From NCBI GenBank assembly GCA_904063045.1, contig CAJFCJ010000001.1, positions 2,170,001-2,234,000 of the forward strand: DNA of 64,000 nucleotides, in the 5' to 3' direction. The first letter of the stretch is position 1; every line of letters begins with the position of its first letter. The position numbers and the translations under genes are program-made. Of the stretch, positions 12,901-24,653 are shown one piece after another. The notes under the pieces are model-generated. The model made no database searches, was not told where the DNA came from, and saw only the letters and a list, made by a program, of their open reading frames with translations. This DNA is from Dimorphilus gyrociliatus. Its lineage: Eukaryota; Animalia; Annelida.

Positions 12901-15354
12901 AGAGAAATATATGAGTCTTACCTAAAATTTCTAAAAAGCAAGACCTGGAAATTTTATTGTGAATCTGCATTAATTAATAAGGATAGTAGACCTATTTCAA
13001 GACCAAATAGAACTTGTACCTTTCAATGTAGGAATCATAGACAAGTCGCTCACGAATTTCGGTCAATCGGTAAGAATTTAATTTGTGAGAATTACGAGAA
13101 TTGGTATGGTTTGGACGAAACAACTTTTATGTGCGTTGGTTAGTCTTCTAATTATAATGAGCGTTTTTTATTAACTTAATTTAATGAAATGATCGTTTTT
13201 TTCACTCCCTCTCTTCTACTATTTTATACTTACTCTCTATCCATCTATCTAAAGATAAATATCAGCCATCATACGTTGTTATCAAGTACAAAATATTAAT
13301 TGAGACGATAAAAGATTGTCCAAAGCTGGACGAGGAGAGAGAACTAAAGAAAACGTTTAATAAATTGTTTCTATACTTAGTCGATGGTAGCTTTCTATCA
13401 TTTGATAATCAATTAAACTCCTATGAATGTAGTAATATTAGAAGATTATGGAGGATGGATATTCTGTTGTTTAAAAGAAATAGAAATGATTTTAGTAGCA
13501 GTCACACAGTAAGCCCTGTTTATCTGAAATTGAGGGACGAACTGCAATCGATATATGACTCTAAGGCTGATGAATTTTATTATGATTTATTTCGTATAAA
13601 CGATAATGGTACCCGTCGATTAAGACGTAGATTGTTATACACTAGAAGTGGATGCAGTCATCCGGGTCTGGCAGAGAACTATGAAAGTCATTATTGCAGT
13701 TAGTATTTTGATTGTTTAGTATTAATTAAGAATAGATTAACTAATTAATTAATCAAGTCTAGAACTAATATAAACGTGTCGAAATAGAGAGGTTAGGATA
13801 GTATGAGAAATATTTGAATATCACAAACCGGTCTGTCATTTCCTTCGATTATCCTCTTACTACGGGAAATATTACGCCACTCTCTTTAACGTTTTTTCTG
13901 AAGGATATCGATAATTTATTTGCAGTTGGATGCCTCAGGGGTTATATGATGTCGAAAGATGGCGATGAATGTATACCCTGCCCGAAGCATCATTATCAAG
14001 ATGAAATTGAGCAGTCGGATTGTAAACCTTGCCCAAAGGGGCAACATCAGCCGAACCAAGGTTCTTCATTCTGCGAGAATTGTCCCGGAAATAATTGCTC
14101 GAATCCTAAGGCAAAAAGGAAATCGGAAAACGATGGAATAGGTATAAAAAGCGTCCGGAGTAACGTCACTTTGTCGTTTAATACCCTCAGCTGTCCAGAT
14201 GTCAAACCGAAGAGGAGGATGAAATTTTACAATTTCCTCAGTAATTTGTTTAAAAACTATCACACAATAGTCGTAAAAGTTACAACAATTTGCAGTATTA
14301 TTGAGGTATTTCCTAAATTTCCATATTATTTAATGCTATAAGCGATATAAGGCGATTCTATACGGTAATATCTCAATAAATAACATCAATAAAAGACTTG
14401 GGCTAAAACAGGATTACAGAGATTTTCGATTGTAGCAACTGTACAATACGAACCGAGTAGACTTACAGGTTTAAAACAGTCAAAAGATTCATCAACGTCC
14501 TATTTAAAGAAAGCAATCAACACCTTTAAATCTATTATTAAACAACGAGGCATTAAATTTATAACAACTAAACTATTGACCGATGCCGACAAGGCTAACG
14601 TTCTGTCTTATCATATGAGGATTTCTGCTAATAACAAGTTTGTGGTCGACTGCCCTAAAGGAATGAATTTATTACAAGACGGATTTTGTCGTAAGTTGTT
14701 TATATATATATATATATATATATACTGTATATATCGTAAGCAAAAGCCAAAAAAAAACAAATATTTCAACAAGTAATATTCATAAGAAAGAGGTGAAATT
14801 CACGTGAATATAAACTCGAAAGATAAATGGTTAAAAATATTAAGTTTCTACTTTCCTACAACTTTCTCTATCATTTATTAAATAATAAGTTAATTCAATG
14901 GAAAAGTAAGGACTGTTTCGATGCTTTCGTTTTTTTATCTTTATCTATAAATATCGAGTTAAAAAGTGTTGGGGGAAAAGATAGGGGGAAGGGACTATGA
15001 TGAGGGAAGAGAAGAGTTAAAGGGGGAATAGTAGAGGAATAGTGTCTCTATAAGAGATTGTAATAGGTAAAGGAGGACACCAGCTGAGTAAGTACTTAAG
15101 GATATTTTGAAGTATTCTTATTAGGTTTTCTTTTTTTTTAATACGTTTCTTTTCTTTTAGTATATTTCTTATATTTAGTTATTTATTATCGTTTTTCACC
15201 TTTAACAGACGTCAATAACCGCAATAACTCAAGAAGTTCGCTCCGGTGAGAAAGTATTGAAGAAATATCATAATATACTGATAATATACATATATATCTA
15301 TATCTGTATACGTATACTTGTTTATTATTTTGTATTACTTTCAGGTTTCATTAA
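9541..15354 (+). CDS. Multi-exon type II membrane protein with HYR-like, sushi/CCP-like and ephrin-receptor-like (GCC2/GCC3) Cys-rich modules
   Basis: Exon 1 (9541-9634) MMEYKHKGILIKLLSFILPIIGIGGVIGLIL is an N-terminal TM anchor. Later exons: about 10531-10605, 10711-10919, 11039-11379 (CSFKCHNSY), 11570-11858 (IRCDPGY), 12424-12745, 12888-13138 (CTFQCRN), 13255-13699, 13927-14111 (CIPCPKHHYQDEIEQSDCKPCPKGQHQPNQGSSFCENC), about 14180-14690, 15209-15246 and 15345-15354. Several junctions are phase-consistent; others are approximate. Confidence 0.75.
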
Positions 15355-17745
15355 TTATGAAGGTTAATTTTGTCTATATTGATTATTTTTTTAAGTCATC
15401 AATTTTTTTACTTAGTTTCTTCGATTTTTACTATATTTGGAACATTATTTCAATAAAGTTCTTAGTTTATTCATTGCTGAATATATAAATATATCACTTT
15501 CTAAATATAAATATATTTATATGCATTATTAACTTCTGGCTGATGGTAAGTAAGGCTTTTTTTTGTTTCGCTTTTCTTTACTTCTAGATTGCTAGCGTCA
15601 TCTGGTTTCTTTAATATACAAACGTACGTAAAGATGAAAGTTTTGTGAAAAACTTACATGATATACTTTTATAAAAAGCGAATCAATTTTTAGAATAGTC
15701 TCCCCACCCCCCGTCTCAATACGCCAATTTCAAGATTTTACATCGAATATTGACGGGTTTAGAATATCTTCCAAGAATCCTGAATAGTTTCACCTTCATA
15801 CTTTAGCACACTTATCCTTTAACTCTGAGCATACTTCTCTTTCGCGGTCACATTAACTTACCTGCAGATCTCTCTTTCCCTACCTAGAATTGTCTCTGTT
15901 CTCCTTGCCTTCTCCACTTTTTGCCTTCTTAGGTTAAGTGATGAATATGTGACTTCTGTAGAAATTTCTTAACTTTCGCTTGATATTTGTCCAAACAATT
16001 TCCTTTAAGCTTCCACTCTTTTGGATTTTAGATTTGCTTCTCCATAAGCGTCCATTTAGTCTTAATTTTATTGATATTTTTGCCTTTGAAAGTCACATAT
16101 TGAATAACTCGTTGGACCTCTGGTTTGGTACAGCTTAACAGAGAAGATAGTAACCATATGAAAGACACTACAAGTAACTAATGATGGATTAACGTTACAT
16201 AACATTTGTGGGAAATGACTGAGAAAGACTTTAATATATTCCCTTTTATTTACTATTGTTTTATATAGGAAGATAAATGCAATCTCCTGAAAGTTATTGA
16301 TCCTTACTCGTATACTTTAGCTCTTCTGTCCTCTATAAACAACGTGTCATGCATCGATATTCATTCAATAATGAATCATGTGTATTCTATTTGTAAATAT
16401 CAATTTATATTTTCAATGAAGTAAATAAAATCATTAATAACTTAAGACTAAATTTAACGACATTAATATTAGATCTGTAATTTTATTAAGGTCATTAGGT
16501 GACAAACATTAGGGATAAGAATTGTGTAATTTTGGTAATTTTCAAAATGAATACTTAATTAATTAAATTTCAGTAGAGGTCAGAAACCTTTGTTGGTTTA
16601 ATTACCATATAAATATATAATAGTTTTGAATAGAACATATGGTACCGAAATCATATTTTTATGTTTTAATACATTTGACTACATGAATGAAATCTGTATT
16701 TTGTCGATATGTCTACTGGATAATTACTGAGAACTACTTTATAATACTACAACAACAAATGAAAGTGATTTAGTTGTAATAGTAGGAAATAGTTAAAATG
16801 TACATTTAATCATACTAGAGATATTTAATGCTAGTAGTAAAGATATTACCCTTAATGGACATTCATTGAGAAAGTTAAAGTAGAAATTGAATAAGAGTCG
16901 ATCAAAGAGTCTATAGTTTTTGCAATATTAGAACATTAAGTGGGTTTAAAAGTAGCCGTTTTCTCTTCAGACATTGTACAAGTATATTGATACATAAAAC
17001 CTCAGAATTCACTGATGACTTACATAAGTGACTATACCAACTATTATACCCTAATGCATTATATAACAAGCTCTCTATCCACATTAAAATAGCAATACTT
17101 TCATATTTTTTTATTGACTTTTTACAAAGTGTTACAGGTAGCTTAATAATTTAGTATATCATATCTAAGATTCTCTTATATTTTCATTAAAAAGAATAAT
17201 ACCATGAATAATAGCGTACATGATACATCAGATTACATCTTCTAATAATTTATGATCCACAAGATTTTAGTCACATTTTTAACATGATATTCATTATCCT
17301 TTGCAATCTTTCTTCATTTCTATATACACTATCTATTCAGTGGAAGTGATTTCCCTTTGCTTTTTCGATAAATATGCTAAAATGTTAGAGGATACTCTTT
17401 GCCAAATATTTTTATATTAAATACTTAATGTGAACTAATGCGAATATGTTATCTGTTCAAATTAATATTCCTTCTTTCTCTTTAAAGGAAAGAGTGTATA
17501 TTTGATCTTGTTCATTAAGATTTTATATTTCTGGGAAGTTGTCATAAAAGCTAAATGTTTCTTGTTGAGTGTGCGGAATAAATTAAATAATTGCTGGAAT
17601 ACTGTCTTGTAAACAAAATTGAAATTGGTAATACGATAGAATAAGGAACACAAACAGAGAGACATGACAGAAAAGTGATGGACTATAGACGGCGTGCTTA
17701 TAAAAATAAGAGACTCCAGCAGTTTTCTTCATTTGAGATTTAGAA

Positions 17746-20700
17746 ATGTATCGGCAATTGCTGCTCATCATTCTTTATGTACCATTTAGTTGTGAAGCAA
17801 TTAGAAATGTGAAACTAAGTGGAGCAGGAGCAAGTTTTCCAGAAAAGGTTTACTTGACTTGGCAAGCTGCTTTTAGAGCTAAGAGAAGTGAATATGTCAA
17901 TTTAAAAATGGAATACGAAGCGGAAGGTATACTAATATCTATATATATATCTGTATATACTGTATTTATACTATACCTGACTACTTATTTTAGTGCTGAT
18001 TACCTTATAACACTTTATATATTAGATACATATATATATATATATATATATATAGATAGATTGATAGATAGACATTCTTCGTTTTGTCAAGATATAAAAT
18101 GATGAAAATACTAGACTACATAAGATTGCAGTTTGTTTATAAATATTAAAATATCAACATTTTACCATCTAAAGAACAAAAACTAAACAAATGAAAGCTT
18201 ATTATTATAAATGTATAGATAGGATAGATTTTTTCTATATTGTGAATTGTTGTTTCTTGTTGAAGCATTACTTAATACATTTCTTTAGTGATTAAAGGGA
18301 ATATAGGAAAAGTGTACTTTTTTTAATATTATAATTCCTTTAAAATCCCACTCTATTTATCTTTTTAAAGTTTCTCGTCTGTTTATATTTTTAAAAATTT
18401 TATTTCCAACAAACAGGTAGCGGGCATGGTAAAAAAAGAATTATGGGATTATTAGATCCACCTGTTCAATATGCTGGTTCAGATGCAGTATTAACTAAAG
18501 AGGAAAGTCAAAGTTTTCCTGATCTTAAAATGTTTCCTACTATGGCTGGGTAAACTTTAATGTCTCTTTTATTAATATTTTTTATTATAAATGTATTTTT
18601 AAATTCAACTACAAATGCTTTTTTTATCTATTGTAGTCCAATCGTTCTTATATTTAACTTGCCAAATTGGAATCCTAAAGTATCATTAACCTTATCAAGA
18701 GAAGAAATTGTCGGCATATTTAATGGAACAATAAAAAAATGGAATGACCCTCTAATAATCAAACATAACAAAATTTCTTTGCCATTTCGAGATATAAAAG
18801 TTGTTGTCAGAGAAGATAAGTCTGGCACTACGGAAATATTAACCAATGCACTATCATCTTTCGATAGCAACTGGAAAGAAACATATGGAACTTTTAGCAC
18901 TAAAACTGCTTGGAAACAGAGTACCATATATAAATATGCGAAAAGAGTATCTGGTATTAGTGATTTAGTTAAAGCAACCAACTACTCTATAGGTTACTAC
19001 ATTAAATATATAGTATATAATATTTAAGGATAAAATGTTTTCTTAACTTTTTCTCTCTTTTTAGGCTATACATCTTTAAATAGCGCCTTAGCCAATGGAT
19101 TACCCTATGCTTCTATCATAAATAAGGCAAATAAAATTAGTTACCCTACAGCCGAAGCTGTTCAATCTAGCATGGACGCAAGCTCAAATTTTACTGAGCA
19201 GCTTACTTCTAAAATTGTAGACGCTTCGGGTAGTGACTCTTATCCAATAAGTGCCTATACTTATATAATTGTTTATATGACACAGTTAAGAGATTGCAAT
19301 CAGGTATATCATTTTTTGTTCAATATAATAATTTATCAATAAACTAATCGTTTGATTTTTAAAGGCTATTGAACTTGCTCGCTATTTTAATTGGTTTTTT
19401 ACTGAAGAACAAGCTGACAGTGAATGCTTAAATTTTGATATGGTACCGTTAAGCAGAAAAATAAAAACAATTATCAAGGATAGAATTATAAAGAAGATGG
19501 AATGCAATGGTAAAAACTTATGGACACTTGTACAAAGCCAAATAAAAGATGAAGAAATTGTAAACGATGACTGGAAATTGGTTATTGGAATAACAATACC
19601 AATATTTTTAACGACTGTTGCTGTATTTCTATTTTATTTTGGCTATAATAGAATTAAATTAAGAAAATTATTGAACAAGGATGACTGGAATATCAATTTT
19701 GAAGATATCATATTTTACGTTCCAGATGAAAATCAAAGAGTTATTACTGGAAAATTATTAAAATCTGATAGTCTTAGTCTGAATTCTGAAACTGTTGACC
19801 TGTCACACAATTCAGGTGCAGATATATCCGTTTCATACATTTATCTAGTCATTTATAGTAGACGCTTATCTTTACCTTATACTAATATTTTACAGTATAT
19901 ACATAATTCATAGGTATCAGTAAGAATCTAGTAGTAAAGCCAATTACGTATAATTTTGTTTTGGAGAAGCCATTAAAAGGAGCTCTTCTAATTTATTTAG
20001 GTTTACTGTATTGGCCTGGAAAATGGCAAGGAAATGATGTAGCTATAAGGTTAAATTCATTACCGCCAATTACTAAATTTGACAAAGATATGAAAAAATC
20101 TTTAATATGGAAGAAAGATAAAGTTATTAATGATAACATTCTAAGATTTTTTGGTTTAACAATGATGGAGGATAAATGGTATCCAATTAATGAAATTGGT
20201 TCGAAAGGAGCTTTGTATGATATATTACAGGATAAAAAATATAAAATAAACGAACCCCTTAAGTTCTCTCTTGCAATTGATTTGGCTAAAGGTATGGCTT
20301 TTTTACATAGTAAATTATTCATTCATGGCGCACTACGATCTTCGTGCTGTATAATTGATTCAAAATGGACCGTTAAAGTGGCTGATTGGGAATATAATAG
20401 CTTTTACAATCATCACTTAAGAATATTATCAAAAAATACTAAAAACAGCCAAACTTTCCCGTTAAGTCATTATATTTCTACACGAAAAGAGCAATTGTTC
20501 GAAGGAGATTACGCTAAAGCTTTGTTCGATTTTAGCACCTCCCCTGAAGTATTAAAAAATCAATCGTTTAAGCTGGATTGGAGATGTGACGTTTATAGTT
20601 ATAGTATGATAGTACAAGAAATTTGGTCAAGAGATGATCCTTTCGCCGAAATTACTCAAACTATAGATGTACAAGACGTACTTTTAGGAATAAAAAATAA

Positions 20701-21804
20701 TTGTTTAAGGCCGAAATTTCATGAAAGTACACCACCGGATGTAAGTCTTCCTTTTTCCTAGCTAGTCATTATTTTTTAATTCTAATTTGTTATATATGAG
20801 GTTTGTCAAATGATGGAAATTGCTTGGTCCGATGAACCAGAACGTCGTCCAACTTTTGATCATATTATAAAAATGCTTAAAAAAGCTAATCCTTCAAAGA
20901 AGAATATTTTAGATGCTGTTATCGAAACTATGGAAACATATACAATGGAACTTGAAGAGAAGTGTACAACAATTAGTAAAGAATTAACAACCGCTAATGA
21001 TAATCTAACCACTCTCGTTGGTACATTTATAAATAGAAATATTCTAGAGCAATTAATTGCTAGTAATATTAAAACCCTACAAAATGATTCTAATTATTTA
21101 ACATTAGGAACTATATCCATATGTAATTCAAAAGATTATTTACTCAAGTCAGATGTTTCTTGTATTATCGAAATTCTCGATGAAATTGATAGATTAACCG
21201 ATAAGCATTTTAGAAAGATGAATGACTGTTCAAGATTGTTATTGACAACTGGAGAATATGGAATTGTTTCTGGAATTACTTGTTCCCAGGTGATACTGCA
21301 AATAAGTTTGTCAAATATACTGATTTCCAGACACATTTTTAGGTCATTAAACAAATAATAACTAGCAATTATTGATTTTTCTTTTCAGATTGTAAAACAG
21401 TGTTGTATAGTTGCTTCAATTCTCTTAGATATTATTAAAGATTTTGAAGTGTTTGCCAAATCCAACAAGATAAACGTAGATTTAATAGGCAAAGTACATA
21501 CGGCAAGAGGTCGGGGTTTAATTATTGGCCATGGAATACCTAGATTGGAAATAATTGGTCCAGTTTGTGACGAAATATTAACGATACCAAATTTTTCTTT
21601 AAAAAATAAAATAATAGTGACGGAAACTGTCCAACTAACATTAAAATCAACTGGAAAATACGCATTCGAATATCAAAAAGACTTCCAGGTATACACACGA
21701 AGAAAATGCTACTTTTTTACTGATCTTAATAACATTTTCTCCTCTTTCCTTTTTAGAACGAAAATCATAATAAACTATATATTTTGAATAAAAGTCCAAT
21801 CTAG
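17746..21804 (+). CDS. Receptor guanylyl-cyclase-like protein: signal peptide + PstS-type phosphate-binding ectodomain + TM + pseudokinase + degenerate cyclase
   Basis: Exons 17746-17926, 18417-18549, 18637-18992, 19065-19303, 19365-about 19815, 20001-20740, 20801-21289, 21389-21688 and 21757-21804. PstS motifs: GAGASFP, GSGHGK, AGSD, VREDKSGTT, IGY, SYPISAYTY. TM: WKLVIGITIPIFLTTVAVFLFYFGY. Kinase-homology motif HGALRSSCCIIDSKWTVKVADW. rGC dimerisation helix NILDAVIETMETYTMELEE. Cyclase remnants GEYGIVSG and GHGIPRLEIIG. Confidence 0.9.
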
Positions 21805-22226
21805 AAATTCACTGGAGTAATATAAAACAAAAATTACAAATATGACTTTTCATACCATTTCTAGTATATTTAAAATGTTTTTGTTAAAAAGAGTCTTATT
21901 TCAATAGGCTCTTTGTTTACTATTTATGGTTTTCCTGTAAAGACTAATTCAGTGATGAATAAATTTGACATAATTAATTTGTTATATATTCATATATCAA
22001 TATCTTTCTTCTTTTTTTTTCCCCTAATTCTTCTTCCGTCTTATAATACTAATTCATTCTTAAGAAAAGATGATAAAAGTAAAGATTTGGCTTACAACCA
22101 GATAAATTGAATATTTCAGCTTTGTTTCGTGATTTTTTATCATTCTATCCGAATGTTATTGTTATTATCTTTATATACAATTAATTAATTCTTTATTTAA
22201 GTAAGATGTATATTGAAAAATGACAA

Positions 22227-22777
22227 TCACAATAAATTCGGTTCAACTGAGCAATTTTTCTCTTGTATTTCCCTAATTTTGTTATTATAAAGCGGTAAAC
22301 AAAGAGATAACGATCCATCTTTAGGTTTTAATCTATCGGTAACATTCTTAAAACATAAAGAGCAGTTTTCTCCACTTAAATGCTTACATTCTTCCATATT
22401 TTGGGCAAACGTTTCGCTTTTAAGAAAGATTTTACAAGTATCATAAAAGGAGCAAATGGTTGATAGAGTATACTTTGTTTGCTTATCAATATCACAGCTA
22501 ACCTTCAAAAAAGAAAATAAGACAAAATATGTCAATTACTACATTTTCTACTGTAAAATTCAAGAGAATGAATAAGTACTGTAATAATATCAATGCTAAC
22601 ATAAACTCTGGCGTCTAAAAAGCAATTTTCGCAAGCCGTTGACGGTTCTTTTGCTAAGCATTCAATTTTTTTTCTGTCCCATATTCTAAGACATTTTTTC
22701 GAAATTTCAATGTTTCGACCTCTTGTTATGTGTTTTGAGTTTATCAATATAATAGCTAAAATAGCTTTTAATATCAT
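22227..22777 (-). CDS. Small secreted cysteine-rich protein (about 150 aa, 12 Cys), probably two exons
   Basis: Signal-like MILKAILAIILINS. Two adjacent Cys-rich ORFs (22532-22777, 22227-22535) can be joined in phase 0 via donor TAT|gttagc (about 22601) and acceptor ttttgaag|GTT (about 22502). The splice model is inferred. Confidence 0.6.
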
Positions 22778-23183
22778 TGTACTTATTAAATAATATTACA
22801 AATAATTTAAATAATAATTTACTTAATGATTATTTAAAATAATGAAGTGTTTATGTTTACGTTTACTTATAAAAAGTTAATAAGTAAAAGATACGTTTCG
22901 GTATATATATTAATTATACAAAACATCTTTACAATAAAGGTACTATAAACAGTAGATCGCATATACAATCTGGTAGAATATCTAACGGAAAATTGGATTG
23001 AAAAAAATGACGTTTCTTTCTTTACATTTTTCATTTTTCTTCCATATTATTCGGAAAAAGAATAAAGGAGAGAGATTGTAAAGTAGGCAAGATTTTGTTT
23101 ACATTTTAACTAATTAGGGGAAAGTTTTGCTATTGTAAATTAAATTTTTTATGCTATACAGCTTTCATTTACATATTTCAAGG

Positions 23184-23612
23184 TTATACACCTTGAAACG
23201 GCAAGCAGCTCTTTGAGCTGACTGATCCACGAGATGATAATGGCTTTAAACCTGTATATACATTGTCAATTCTCAAAAGTGATCGTACGTCAAGTTTCTT
23301 TTCGCAACTTTTATGTCTGCTGATCGATTGTCTACTTCTCGATTGAGACATAATTCCTGAGCTTCTACTCCCTAGCATCTTATCCATTCTATTTCTCATA
23401 ATCATTTTGCTCCTACCATATTTACTCGAAGTAAAGTAATTTAAAATTGTAGGATCATTCGATAATAATTTAAAATGTTTCTTAATAATATATATGAAAA
23501 TAACAGCGATTAAAATGCCAATCAATGTTAAAAAGACAACTATAGCCGTTAAAATAATTATATGAATAAATGAAATAGCTTTAAATTCATTATCTTCCTC
23601 TCTCATTTTCAT
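23184..23612 (-). CDS. Orphan single-pass membrane protein (142 aa)
   Basis: ATG-initiated ORF with a roughly 28-residue hydrophobic stretch (ISFIHIIILTAIVVFLTLIGILIAVIFIYII) followed by KKH and a basic, Ser/Arg-rich tail. No recognisable domain. Confidence 0.55.
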   Translation of the reverse strand: MKMREEDNEFKAISFIHIIILTAIVVFLTLIGILIAVIFIYIIKKHFKLLSNDPTILNYFTSSKYGRSKMIMRNRMDKMLGSRSSGIMSQSRSRQSISRHKSCEKKLDVRSLLRIDNVYTGLKPLSSRGSVSSKSCLPFQGV

Positions 23613-24653
23613 TTAAGTGTTAATTATTGTTAAAGTATTATTATTTAAATATTTAAATATTATGAATATATGGAAATTAATATCCTTTAACAAAAAATGG
23701 GGTTCATCTCGAAAGTAGAAATTTTCTATTTTGTTAAGTATTTTACTTTAAATCTATCAATAGAACTCTATTTTACAATCTATATATATGCATAGTGAGA
23801 ATAATACTTTTAAGCATTTATAGTATTTTTGAATCTAGTCTCTTTTTCAAGCCATCCAACAGTTTTAAAATGTATGGAGTTGGAATTTTTTCCTATTCTT
23901 CTTCTTCTGTTACTCTCCAGAGATCATCTATGTTTATCCATAGATGTTTACCTACTTCTTCCTTCAAGTAGGACTACAGATTTTCAATATCAATCTTTTT
24001 AAGATTTTTAGGGAGGCTGCAAACAGTCTGCTGATACTATATATAAAGTATACTTTGAATAAATTCGGCCATAATCTTCCCTCGTGTTCAATGAATGATT
24101 TAACAGGTGTTACCAAGCAAGTGGGAGTATCCTTTTGAAGGAGAAAAACAGTTGATAATATTCAGATAAGGTTTATGACACAAACCGAAATACTATATTA
24201 AAAAATAAGAATTATACCTATTCCTCCTGATAAGAAGTATTTTATGAACTTAGTCCTACATACAGTTATTAATACTCATAAGGTTATTGTGATCTTTTAA
24301 TTATTAAATTACTTATAGTGTGAAAGGAGTACCAGGTTTCGATCTTTGCTCCTATTTATGAGAGTTTAGTCTCTTCAATTGAGTATATTCAGTATATATA
24401 TATATATATATATATATACTCATATTTTTGGGTGTCAGTTTGTTCGTTATCCAACTGATAATTGAATAAAGAAAATAGAGAAATTTATTTACTGTGTCGT
24501 GGCTTATTCATTATTATTTTCCTTATCAAAAATCTTGATCTTCATTTGTTATTTTGATTCAAGACGCTTGAAATGCTTCTTATCGACTCAAAGCATATTA
24601 ACTTTGGTGTTTTAGTAATCATATAAAACTAATAAAGAAATAGTGGAAGAACT

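Noticed and set aside
17746-19303. Bacterial contamination or an operon as the explanation for the PstS-like sequence
   Set aside because: The domain is split by canonical spliceosomal introns, has host-like composition and is fused in frame to animal TM/kinase exons. No pstCAB genes are nearby.
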